A stretch of DNA of 64,000 nucleotides from Clostridia bacterium (GTDB lineage Bacteria; Bacillota; Clostridia; Oscillospirales; CAG-272): contig JAFQFR010000015.1 in assembly GCA_017398595.1 (NCBI GenBank), forward strand, positions 32,504-96,503. Direction: 5' to 3'. The translations under genes and the position numbers were made by a program. The notes beneath the pieces are model-generated. The model was given only the letters and a program-made list of their open reading frames with translations, was not told the origin of the DNA and made no database searches. Numbering within the stretch: the first letter of the stretch is position 1; the number at the start of each line of letters is the position of its first letter. This document shows, one piece after another, positions 48,845 to 57,322 of the stretch.

Positions 48845-49085
48845 GTCCCGCCGAGATCCCGCCTTGCGGCGGTTTTGCCCCATCGTCATCTTGAGCGTAG
48901 CCCGTCCGAGATCCCGCCTACGGCGGTTTTGCTGGCGCAAAACTTCGACTTCGCTACGCTCCGCTCAGGATGACGGCGGACGGGCGCAGTCGAAACCCGC
49001 AGGGCAAACGCGAAAGCGTTTGGATCTTATGGGGCAAAACTTCGACTTCGGCTTCGCCTCTGCTCATAATGACAACGGCGGGACA
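48845..49085. repeat. Nested palindromic intergenic element (gtcatcttgagc...gctcaggatgac type)
   Basis: Two direct repeats (ccgagatcccgcc..cggcggttttgc; gcaaaacttcgacttcg) and several long-range inverted repeats. Confidence 0.7.
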
Positions 49086-49129
49086 GCCTACATCTCTCTG
49101 TAAAATCCAACCATACGAGGTATTATACT

Positions 49130-50311
49130 ATGAAAATTCAACTCGGCGTACTGTACGGCGGAAATTCCACCGAGCATGAGATCTCGGTGATCTCGGCGGT
49201 GCAGGCAATGCTCTCGCTCGACCGCGAAAAATATGACGTCATTCCGCTCTACATCACCAAAGACAGCCGCTTTTTCACGGGCGACGCGCTCTTTACCATC
49301 GAAAACTACAAGGACATTCCCGCGCTTCTGAAGCAGTGTACCGAAGTGATCTTAGTCAAGGAAAACGACATTGCGGGCATCTACAAGTTCCCGCCGAAAG
49401 CGTTTGGCAAGAACCGTCTCGGACACATCGACATTGCTTTCCCGATCGTACACGGCACGAACGTAGAGGACGGCGTACTGGCAGGCTACATCGAGATGCT
49501 CGGGCTGCCCTACGTCGGCTGCGACGTGGCATCGAGTGCGCTCGGCATGGACAAATTCGCGATGAAAGCGATCTTCCGCGAATACGGCATTCCCGTGCTC
49601 GAGAGTAAGCTCTATACAACCAAGGATCACGAGGACCCGGACGCGCTGCTCGGACGCATCGAGGATGCATTCACCTACCCCGTGATCGTAAAGCCCGTCA
49701 ACCTCGGTTCGTCCATCGGCATTTCGGTGGCGGCAGACCGCGACGCGCTGCGCAAATCGCTGGACACGGCATTCTCCTTTGCCGAGGTAGTGCTGGTCGA
49801 GCGTGCGATCACAAATTTGCGCGAGATCAACTGCTCGGTGCTCGGCGACCGTTTCAGCGCGGAAGCATCCGAGTGCGAGGAGCCGATGGCGGCAGACGAG
49901 ATCCTTTCCTTTGAGGACAAATACATTGCGGGCGCCAAGGACGGCGGCGCCAAGGGTATGGCGAGCGTCAAGCGCAAGATCCCCGCGCCGATCACCGACG
50001 AGATGCGCACCGAGATCCGCGAGATGGCAGTCAAGGCATTCAAGGCGCTGGGCTGCTCAGGCGTTGCCCGCATCGACTTTATGATCGACGGTGACGAAAA
50101 CAAGCTCTACTTAAACGAGATCAACACGATCCCGGGTTCGCTCTCCTTCTATCTTTGGGAGCCGCTCGGCGTAAAGTACACAGACCTGCTCGACCGCATG
50201 ATCGAGCTCGGCATGAAGCGCCACCGTGCGCGCAAGAACCTCACCTTCTCCTTCGAGAGCAATGTTCTTTCGGGCATTCACCTCGGCGGTGCAAAGGGTA
50301 GTAAGATGTAA
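49130..50311 (+). CDS. ddl: D-alanine--D-alanine ligase
   Basis: GGNSTEHEISV, HGTNVEDG, MDK, KPVNLGSSIG, NEINTIPGS. Confidence 0.94.
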   Translation: MKIQLGVLYGGNSTEHEISVISAVQAMLSLDREKYDVIPLYITKDSRFFTGDALFTIENYKDIPALLKQCTEVILVKENDIAGIYKFPPKAFGKNRLGHIDIAFPIVHGTNVEDGVLAGYIEMLGLPYVGCDVASSALGMDKFAMKAIFREYGIPVLESKLYTTKDHEDPDALLGRIEDAFTYPVIVKPVNLGSSIGISVAADRDALRKSLDTAFSFAEVVLVERAITNLREINCSVLGDRFSAEASECEEPMAADEILSFEDKYIAGAKDGGAKGMASVKRKIPAPITDEMRTEIREMAVKAFKALGCSGVARIDFMIDGDENKLYLNEINTIPGSLSFYLWEPLGVKYTDLLDRMIELGMKRHRARKNLTFSFESNVLSGIHLGGAKGSKM

Positions 50312-50475
50312 TAGGGATAATTTATGCGGGGGAAACTTTTCGTGAAAAGTTTCCCCCGCACCCCTTTCAAAAGCTTTTGAAAAAATGGTTCCGCCTAACA
50401 ATGGCTCCCGCAGACGAGGGAGACTTTTTGCAACAAAAAAGGCTTTCCTCTCGGAAAGCCTTTTTTTACAATATC

Positions 50476-50919
50476 TTAGTTATCCGCAGATGCGTCGAGG
50501 CAATCGAAGCGCTCCTGGCAAGAGGGGCAGATCAGATCGCGGGGATCGCAGGTCCCGTCGAAGCAAACGCTTGCGCCGCAGTGGGGGCAGGTCGCTTCAT
50601 AGAAGCCGTCGCAGTCCTCATCGCAGTTGTCGCAGTCGCCGTCGCACTCGAAGTCGTCCTCGTCGTCGCAATCATCGCAATCGCAGTCGCACTCGTCATC
50701 CGAGTAAACGAACTCCTCAACATCGCCGAGGTCCTCGTCGAGCTCCTCAACGTAATCGTTCAGCGTTGCAACGTCGTCGGCAACGTCGGTCAGGTCGTTT
50801 GCCAGCTCGTCGAGCGTTTCGATAACAGCCTTGAGCAGCTTGCCCTCAGGCTTATTGTCATCCAGATTCAGACCCTCGAGCAGGCCCTTCAAATATGCGG
50901 TTTTTTCAGTAATCGTCAT
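50476..50919 (-). CDS. CD1247-like protein with an acidic Cys-rich linker and C-terminal zinc ribbon
   Basis: EKTAYLKGLLEG...ELDEDL; CPHC...CPSC; usual neighbour of efp. Confidence 0.8.
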   Translation of the reverse strand: MTITEKTAYLKGLLEGLNLDDNKPEGKLLKAVIETLDELANDLTDVADDVATLNDYVEELDEDLGDVEEFVYSDDECDCDCDDCDDEDDFECDGDCDNCDEDCDGFYEATCPHCGASVCFDGTCDPRDLICPSCQERFDCLDASADN

Positions 50920-50995
50920 AACAATCTCTCCTTATATAATAAAATTGGAGTAAAAAAGCGCGACCGAAAAAAGTGGGCGCGCTTTTCGTTTTTCC

Positions 50996-51553
50996 TTATG
51001 CTCTGGAAAGGTACTCGCCCGTACGGGTATCAACCTTGAGGATGTCACCGGTGTTGATGAACAGCGGAACCTTGATCACAGCGCCGGTCTCGAGCGTTGC
51101 GGGCTTCAGGGTGTTGGTGGCGGTGTTGCCTGCGAAGCCGGGATCGGTATCGGTAACCTCGAGCTCAACGAACGTGGGAGGCTCAACTGCAAATACGTTG
51201 CCCTTGTAGGAAACGATGCGGCACATCATATTCTCTTTTACGAACTTGAAGTCGTCGCCGAGCTTGTCCGCATTGATGGGCAGCTGGTCATAGGACTCCA
51301 TGTCCATGAAATAATAGAGCTCGCCGTCATTGTAGAGGTACTGCATGTCTTTGCGCTCTACGTATGCGTTCTCAAACTTGTCGGTGGGGCTGAAAGTTCT
51401 TTCGACAACGGCGCCGGTGATGACATTCTTCAGCTTGGTTCTGACAAAAGCTGCGCCCTTGCCGGGTTTTACATGCTGGAATTCAACGACCTGCAGAACA
51501 TTGCCGTCCATTTCAAACGTAATGCCGTTTTTGAAATCTCCTGCTACTACCAT
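50996..51553 (-). CDS. efp: Elongation factor P
   Basis: [36 protein letters not shown]. Confidence 0.98.
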   Translation of the reverse strand: MVVAGDFKNGITFEMDGNVLQVVEFQHVKPGKGAAFVRTKLKNVITGAVVERTFSPTDKFENAYVERKDMQYLYNDGELYYFMDMESYDQLPINADKLGDDFKFVKENMMCRIVSYKGNVFAVEPPTFVELEVTDTDPGFAGNTATNTLKPATLETGAVIKVPLFINTGDILKVDTRTGEYLSRA

Positions 51554-51736
51554 ATAAAAAATCCTTCTCAACGACTTATGAATTTTTTAAAAAAGTCAGG
51601 CAAGACACATGCGGTCGTTGTCACATATACTCGCCCACAATACTGTTACGTTTTATTTTACCGCATATTCTGCGTTTTTGCAATAGGTTTGTTAAAAATT
51701 ATTCCAAAAATATAATAAGAAAATGCATATCTGCCC

Positions 51737-51765
51737 TTGACATTGCAAAAAAACTCTGTTATAAT
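51737..51765 (+). promoter_or_regulatory. Consensus sigma-A promoter of rpmG-secE-nusG
   Basis: TTGACA-N17-TATAAT. Confidence 0.85.
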
Positions 51766-51924
51766 GTAAATACCTCTGCGCAAGAGGTCTTTTTTGCGTG
51801 CCTTTTTCCTTCCGCACGCAATGCCTTGTGCACCGAGGGAGGTACGGCGATGTTCGGCGGTTTCGCCGACAAGATCGCAGCTTAACGGGTATATGCCCGA
51901 AAAACAAACAGGAGGTGCCGATAC

Positions 51925-52074
51925 ATGAGAGTTAAGATTACCCTGGCATGCAGCGAGTGCAAGCAGAGAAACTACGAGACCAAGAAGAACAAGAAAAACG
52001 ATCCTGACAGACTTGAAATGAACAAGTACTGCCGTTTCTGCAACAAGCACACTCTGCACAGAGAAACCAAGTAA
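51925..52074 (+). CDS. rpmG: 50S ribosomal protein L33 (zinc-binding form)
   Basis: Read manually: [17 protein letters not shown]...[16 protein letters not shown]; below the ORF track cutoff. Confidence 0.97.
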   Translation: MRVKITLACSECKQRNYETKKNKKNDPDRLEMNKYCRFCNKHTLHRETK

Positions 52075-52091
52075 TTACGGAGGAAAGAAAG

Positions 52092-52310
52092 ATGGCAGAA
52101 GCTACGAAAGAAAAGAAACCGAGCCGCATCGCAAAATTCTTCCGCGACTACAAGAGCGAGCTGAAAAAGATCACCTGGTGCCCTTTCAAGAGCGTTAAGT
52201 CCAATACCGTTTTGGTAGTCGGTCTGGTTGTCGCACTGGCAATCGTGATCGGTCTGCTGGATCTGGCATTCGGCACGGGCTTCGTTGCCTTCGGAAAGCT
52301 CTTCGGCTGA
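52092..52310 (+). CDS. secE: Preprotein translocase subunit SecE
   Basis: KSELKKITW followed by a TM helix; synteny. Confidence 0.93.
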   Translation: MAEATKEKKPSRIAKFFRDYKSELKKITWCPFKSVKSNTVLVVGLVVALAIVIGLLDLAFGTGFVAFGKLFG

Positions 52311-52330
52311 TCCCATCACGGAGGTCGGTT

Positions 52331-52870
52331 ATGAGCGATATTAACGAACTGGCAAGACTCGGCCCGAGATGGTATGTAGCACATACCTATTCCGGCTACG
52401 AGAACAAGGTGAAGACCAATCTCGAGAAGATCATCGAGAACAGAAATCTCGGACATCTGATCTTTGAGATCAGAATCCCTGTGGAAACTGTTATGGAAAC
52501 AAACAGCGCAGGTGAGGAGAAGGAAACCGAGGCAAAGCTGCTTCCCGGCTATGTGTTCGTGAAAATGATCATGAACGACGAGAGCTGGCATGTAGTTCGA
52601 AACATCCGCGGCGTTACAGGCTTTGTGGGCCCCGGATCCAAACCCGTCCCGCTGACGGAGGACGAGCTCGCCATTATGCAGGGCGAGACGACCAAGGCTA
52701 CCTTTAAGGTGGGCGAGACGATCAACATCGTCCGCGGCACTTTCGAGGGCTACAGCGGAAAGATCTACGACATTTCCGAGGACGGCGCGTCCGTGACCGT
52801 ACTGGTCAACACCGGCAAGCGCGATATGCCCGTGAAGGTCGAGATCGGCGACATCAAACTCGCAGAATAA
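52331..52870 (+). CDS. nusG: Transcription termination/antitermination factor NusG
   Basis: WYVAHTYSGYENKV, PGYVFV, GVTGFVG, KOW. Confidence 0.96.
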   Translation: MSDINELARLGPRWYVAHTYSGYENKVKTNLEKIIENRNLGHLIFEIRIPVETVMETNSAGEEKETEAKLLPGYVFVKMIMNDESWHVVRNIRGVTGFVGPGSKPVPLTEDELAIMQGETTKATFKVGETINIVRGTFEGYSGKIYDISEDGASVTVLVNTGKRDMPVKVEIGDIKLAE

Positions 52871-52915
52871 CATTTCGTCCTTTTTTAAAGGACAGCTTCG
52901 CTGATGCGAAGTACT

Positions 52916-52957
52916 GTGGGAGAGGAAAAATTCTTTTAATTCCTCGAAATAACCACA
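52916..52957 (+). promoter_or_regulatory. rplK leader (probable L1-binding autoregulatory hairpin)
   Basis: GTGGGAG...ACCAC stem with an internal loop just upstream of the rplK RBS. Confidence 0.7.
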
Positions 52958-52975
52958 TTTGGAGGTGCATTTAAC

Positions 52976-53401
52976 ATGGCAAAGAAGATTACCGGTTACA
53001 TTAAACTGCAGATCCCTGCCGGCAAGGCAACGCCTCAGCCGCCTATCGGTCCTGCACTCGGTCAGTACGGCGTTCCGATTCCGAACTTCACCAAGGAATT
53101 CAACGAGAGAACCAAGAACGACATGGGTCTTATCATCCCTGTAGTTATCACGGTTTACGCTGACCGTTCTTTCACGTTCATTACCAAGACTCCCCCCGCA
53201 GCCGTTCTGATCAAGAAGGCTTGCGGCATTGAGACCGCTTCGGGTACCCCGAACAAGACCAAGGTCGCTTCGATCACCAAGGAGCAGATCCGCAAGATCG
53301 CTGAGACCAAGATGCCTGACCTGAACGCAAGCTCTGTTGAGAGTGCTATGAGCATGATCGCAGGTACCGCGCGCAGCATGGGCGTTACCGTTGTAGACTA
53401 A
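52976..53401 (+). CDS. rplK: 50S ribosomal protein L11
   Basis: [29 protein letters not shown]. Confidence 0.98.
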   Translation: MAKKITGYIKLQIPAGKATPQPPIGPALGQYGVPIPNFTKEFNERTKNDMGLIIPVVITVYADRSFTFITKTPPAAVLIKKACGIETASGTPNKTKVASITKEQIRKIAETKMPDLNASSVESAMSMIAGTARSMGVTVVD

Positions 53402-53415
53402 GGAGGGGACCGAAG

Positions 53416-54105
53416 ATGACAGGAAAGAAGTATACCGAGAGCGCAAAGCTCATCGACAAGAGCAAGCTCTATGATGCATCCGAGGCAATTTCCCTCGTTT
53501 GCCAGACCGCAAAGGCAAAGTTCGACGAGACCGTTGAGCTTCACGTTCGTCTGGGTGTTGACTCCCGCCATGCAGACCAGCAGGTCCGCGGCGCGATCGT
53601 TCTCCCCAACGGTACCGGTAAGACCGTAAGAACTCTCGTTTTCGCAAAGGGTGACAAGGCTACCGCCGCTACCGAGGCAGGCGCTGACTACGTTGGTGCC
53701 GAAGATATGGTTCAGAAGATCACCAGCGAGAACTGGTTTGACTTCGACGTAGTTATCGCTACTCCCGACATGATGGGTGTTATCGGTCGTCTGGGTAAAG
53801 TGCTCGGTCCTAAGGGCTTGATGCCGAACCCCAAGGCTGGTACCGTTACCATGGATGTTGCCAAGGCTGTTAAAGAAGCAAAGGCTGGTAAGATCGAGTA
53901 CCGTCTCGACAAGACCAACATCATCCACTGCCCCATCGGCAAGGCTTCCTTCGGCGCAGAGAAGATCGGCGAGAACTTCGACGCGATCATGAGCGCTATC
54001 ATCAAGGCGAAGCCGGCTGCTGCAAAGGGTCAGTACATCAAGAGCTGCGTTATCGCAACCACGATGGGCCCCGGCGTAAAGGTAAACTACGCAAAGCTTG
54101 GCTAA
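53416..54105 (+). CDS. rplA: 50S ribosomal protein L1
   Basis: [25 protein letters not shown]. Confidence 0.98.
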   Translation: MTGKKYTESAKLIDKSKLYDASEAISLVCQTAKAKFDETVELHVRLGVDSRHADQQVRGAIVLPNGTGKTVRTLVFAKGDKATAATEAGADYVGAEDMVQKITSENWFDFDVVIATPDMMGVIGRLGKVLGPKGLMPNPKAGTVTMDVAKAVKEAKAGKIEYRLDKTNIIHCPIGKASFGAEKIGENFDAIMSAIIKAKPAAAKGQYIKSCVIATTMGPGVKVNYAKLG

Positions 54106-54114
54106 TCAGCTATC

Positions 54115-54149
54115 AAAAAGGTGCACGCAATGTGCACCTTTTTTGTTTT
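54115..54149 (+). terminator. Intrinsic terminator after rplA
   Basis: aaaaaggtgcac..gtgcaccttttt. Confidence 0.85.
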
Positions 54150-54160
54150 GCGCGGAGCGG

Positions 54161-54189
54161 TTGACAAAGGATGGCAAATATGGTATACT
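54161..54189 (+). promoter_or_regulatory. Sigma-A promoter with extended -10
   Basis: TTGACA-N17-TATACT with an upstream TG. Confidence 0.85.
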
Positions 54190-54262
54190 AAATCCGTGAA
54201 CGGGGACGGCACCCATCAGAAAAAACGGACTCACGATAACTGCATATTTTACGGCAAAGGGG

Positions 54263-54850
54263 ATGACACCCATCGAAAAAAACGTGATTGTTGTAGATGA
54301 CACAGGCAAAGTATATGAGGCTACCTACCCCAAGAGGGCAAAGGGACTTGTTAAAAACGGCAGGGCACGCTTCATAGATGAACATACGATATGCCTTGCG
54401 TGTCCGCCAAAAAATGAATTGGAGGACAGTACAATGTCAGAAAATAAAAACATCACAACCGCTAAAACCGAGAACACCGCTCCCGCAAAGGTCGCATCTG
54501 AAAAATTTACCATGGATTACTGCCTCGGGCAGATCGAAAACATCCGTGTGCAGACCGAATATTTGAACACCGTGTTTGCAGAACTCAGCAAAGTAAAAGC
54601 GGAGGGACCCGGTGACACATGCGGTCAGGAGCGCGCAAAGGCGCTCGGCGATGTCGTAAGATGCCGCGAAACCACCAATCAAAGATTGATCGCATTTTAC
54701 GAAAAGATGTATGACGATTTAAAACCTGCTTCCTCTTTGAAAGAGCGCGCACTCCAGATCATGGAAAATGCATCGCACGGCGATCTTTCGGCAGAAGCAC
54801 TCGAACAGATCAATTATATCTTGGATGACATTCGCCACATCGACAAATAA
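54263..54850 (+). CDS. Hypothetical protein: PLMP/RRXRR-like N-terminal module plus a helical C-terminal domain
   Basis: NVIVVDDTGKVYEATYPKRAKGLVKNGRARF; own promoter and terminator. The start is uncertain (ATG 54263, ATC 54272 or 54215, internal ATG 54434). Confidence 0.75.
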   Translation: MTPIEKNVIVVDDTGKVYEATYPKRAKGLVKNGRARFIDEHTICLACPPKNELEDSTMSENKNITTAKTENTAPAKVASEKFTMDYCLGQIENIRVQTEYLNTVFAELSKVKAEGPGDTCGQERAKALGDVVRCRETTNQRLIAFYEKMYDDLKPASSLKERALQIMENASHGDLSAEALEQINYILDDIRHIDK

Positions 54851-54859
54851 ACAAACAAT

Positions 54860-54892
54860 AAAAGCAGGACAGCGAAAGCTGTCCTGCTTTTT
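54860..54892. terminator. Bidirectional terminator
   Basis: aaaagcaggacagc-gaaa-gctgtcctgctttt. Confidence 0.85.
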
Positions 54893-55505
54893 ACGTATTC
54901 TGCATCAACTGCAAATGCGCGATCCACGCATCGAGTGTTTCTGCGGTAAAGTTGCGGAGCGCGGCGGAATACAGCACAAAGGCGTCAGGGTCTTCCCGCT
55001 CCATTTTGCGCAGCGCCTTTTTGGGACCGAAATAATACTTGCCGCAAAGCTCGTAATAGATCTGCAAGCTGTCGATCAGTACCCAGTGCCAACGGTAATC
55101 CCCCTCGGCGTCGCCGCGTCCCGCGCGCAGCCGCATCTTTTCGCACCAACTGAGATCATGCGCGATCTCCTCGGCGGATTTTTTCGCCGCACCCTCAACA
55201 AACGCGGTCACGTTTGCCTTCGCCTGTTCCAATGAATCGGTGGTATCGAGCAGTATCTTACCGTCGTAGAGCTGCAAAAAGTCCTCGCAGGCAAACGGCT
55301 GCAAAAACGTATCGACAGGATAGAGAAACACATCCAGCAGCACGCCGCCGACCGTGGAATTGTCATATTTTTCTGCAGAGCGGTCGGTCAGCACCAACGC
55401 ATCGAAGTCGCTGTGTGCATTGTTGGAGCCGTCCGCATAGGAACCGTACACCACGATACCCGCGGGCGTATAGGTTTTCTGCAAATACTCGATGATCTCC
55501 TGCAT
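54891..55505 (-). CDS. Nucleotidyltransferase-domain protein
   Basis: VYGSYADG...SDFD (GS-x-DxD motif). Confidence 0.85.
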   Translation of the reverse strand: MQEIIEYLQKTYTPAGIVVYGSYADGSNNAHSDFDALVLTDRSAEKYDNSTVGGVLLDVFLYPVDTFLQPFACEDFLQLYDGKILLDTTDSLEQAKANVTAFVEGAAKKSAEEIAHDLSWCEKMRLRAGRGDAEGDYRWHWVLIDSLQIYYELCGKYYFGPKKALRKMEREDPDAFVLYSAALRNFTAETLDAWIAHLQLMQNT

Positions 55506-55641
55506 GGCGATCTCTCCTTTGTTTTCTTTTATATATACCACATGCGTGGAAAAAAGTCAATCTCCGCGTCTACAAATTGCCCTGCCCACTGGAAATTTGC
55601 GCGCCTTTGTGCTATAATCGGCATAAAGAGAGGTGTCTACA

Positions 55642-56094
55642 ATGGATCACAGCGAAAAAGCAGCAGAGCTGTTTTTATCGGGATATAATTGCGCACAGTC
55701 GGTGGCAGTCGCGTTCTGCGACGTTACGGGGCAGAATCAAAGCCTTACGGCAAGGCTCGCTTCGCCGTTCGGCGGCGGCATGGGACGCATGCGTGAGGTC
55801 TGCGGCGCGGTCAGCGGCATGTTTATGGTGCTCGGCGTGCTGTACGGCTATGACGACCCGTGCGAAAAAGAGGGCAAAAAGCAGCTTTACACCGATGTGC
55901 AAGCGCTCGCGGACAAGTTCCGCGCCGAAGCGGGCAGCATCATCTGCCGCGACATTTTGAAAAATCCCGCGTCCGACCCGAATCCGAGCGCACGCACCGC
56001 GGAGTATTACGCCAAGCGCCCCTGCGCGCGCATGGTCATGCTCGCATCCCGCCTGCTCGACGAGTTCATCGCGGCGCATCCGATAAAGTTATAA
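55642..56094 (+). CDS. C-GCAxxG-C-C family putative redox protein
   Basis: GYNCAQSV, FGGGMG, CGAVSG, C, C. Confidence 0.92.
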   Translation: MDHSEKAAELFLSGYNCAQSVAVAFCDVTGQNQSLTARLASPFGGGMGRMREVCGAVSGMFMVLGVLYGYDDPCEKEGKKQLYTDVQALADKFRAEAGSIICRDILKNPASDPNPSARTAEYYAKRPCARMVMLASRLLDEFIAAHPIKL

Positions 56095-56128
56095 AAACAG
56101 GCGTGCTTTTTATTAGCACGCCTGTTTT

Positions 56129-56800
56129 TTATCTCTGCGGTTTTCTGCCGCAGCTTTTTTTCTCGGTGCAAAAGCCCGTGACCTCGCACTTTGCCACAAA
56201 GTAGGTATCGACAAGATACTTCCACTCGTCCGAGTACGCGCTCAGTGCCTGCATCAGATCCTGCATCAGGCGGCGGTACTCCCAGTACGCTCGCGTGCAA
56301 AGGCGCTGATGCGCCATGTCGATGAGATTGCGCAGATTGGTGCGCAGCACGACCTTACTCTCCATGCCGAGGGGCAAAAGCATCGCGCAGTCCTCGCGCG
56401 GGATGTTCAGCGCTTCCAGCTTCTGCATGGCGACCTTGATCTCCTGCATCGCATCGGCATAGATCTCGCTCGCCTGTGTGTCCTTGGCAATCGCGGGCGG
56501 AACGACGTATCCAAATCCCTTTTGATAGTCAATATAGCGCGTGGACGCCTGCAAACGCGTCGGCGCGCCGCCGATATGGGTGTACAGCTCGCGGATGACG
56601 CGCGCGGAATAGCCGTCCAAAACCACATAGACCTGCGGATACTCCCAGGTTCTGCCGTGCCCGGAGACCAGGCAGTCCATGCCGCGCTTGTAATTCTTCT
56701 CCGCGTTGGTGATGTCCGCGCCCCAGCACACGCCGGCTTCTCTGCCGATCAGGCTGATCGGGTCGATGGTGGTTTCTGCTTGTATCGTGATGTTTGGCAT
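56129..56800 (-). CDS. thyX: FAD-dependent thymidylate synthase
   Basis: SGHGRTWE, LQASTRY, REDCAMLLP, NLRNL, RLCTRAYWEYR. Confidence 0.88.
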   Translation of the reverse strand: MPNITIQAETTIDPISLIGREAGVCWGADITNAEKNYKRGMDCLVSGHGRTWEYPQVYVVLDGYSARVIRELYTHIGGAPTRLQASTRYIDYQKGFGYVVPPAIAKDTQASEIYADAMQEIKVAMQKLEALNIPREDCAMLLPLGMESKVVLRTNLRNLIDMAHQRLCTRAYWEYRRLMQDLMQALSAYSDEWKYLVDTYFVAKCEVTGFCTEKKSCGRKPQR

Positions 56801-56814
56801 AGTTCGCCCTCCTT

Positions 56815-57306
56815 TTACAGCGTATGATAATACGGGCAGATGTCCTCGTAGTGCCCGTCCTGCATGCGAAATCCTTTTGGGATCGTGCCGAGCTGCACAA
56901 ATCCGAGGCGTTCATACAGATGCCGCGCGTGGATGTTCGTTGCCACGACGGCGTTGAACTGCAGCACGCCGAAACCGTGTAGCCGTCCCTGCGCCATGCA
57001 GTCGAGCACCAGCTTTTCGCCGATGTGCAGTCCCCTGCTGTCACCGCGCACCGCGTAGCTTGCGTTGCAGATATGCCCGCAGCGCCCTATGTTGTTGGGA
57101 TGCAGGATGTACAGTCCGTAAATACGGTTGGTTTCGGTATCCACCGCAACCGCGCTGTAGGTCTGCGCCGCGAAAAACCGCGCACCCGTCTCCTCGGTTA
57201 AAAGCTCCTCTTGCGGAAAGGCAATGCCCTCCGCCACGACCTCATTCCATATGGTGATCATTTCGGGCAGATCCTGCTCGGTATACGCCCGCACTGTGAT
57301 ATTCAT
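56815..57306 (-). CDS. GNAT family N-acetyltransferase
   Basis: HICNASYAV, RGLHIGE, QFNAVVATN..A..LYERLGF. Confidence 0.92.
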   Translation of the reverse strand: MNITVRAYTEQDLPEMITIWNEVVAEGIAFPQEELLTEETGARFFAAQTYSAVAVDTETNRIYGLYILHPNNIGRCGHICNASYAVRGDSRGLHIGEKLVLDCMAQGRLHGFGVLQFNAVVATNIHARHLYERLGFVQLGTIPKGFRMQDGHYEDICPYYHTL

Positions 57307-57322
57307 GTATTTTCCCCCGTTC

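Noticed and set aside
49890-49930. Ddl as a D-Ala-D-Lac (vancomycin resistance) ligase
   Set aside because: The omega loop reads SFEDKY and keeps the Tyr typical of D-Ala-D-Ala ligases; there are no vanH/vanX/vanRS genes.
51770-52330. tRNA genes near rpmG/secE
   Set aside because: No cloverleaf with a T-loop GTTCRA and acceptor stem could be found.
54263-54850. Intact IscB/OMEGA nuclease or IS200/605 element
   Set aside because: Only 195 aa, with no RuvC or HNH motifs, no tnpA, and a leader too short for a typical omega-RNA.
54891-55505. Nucleotidyltransferase as an MNT-HEPN toxin-antitoxin pair
   Set aside because: There is no adjacent HEPN gene; the neighbours are divergent or convergent unrelated genes.
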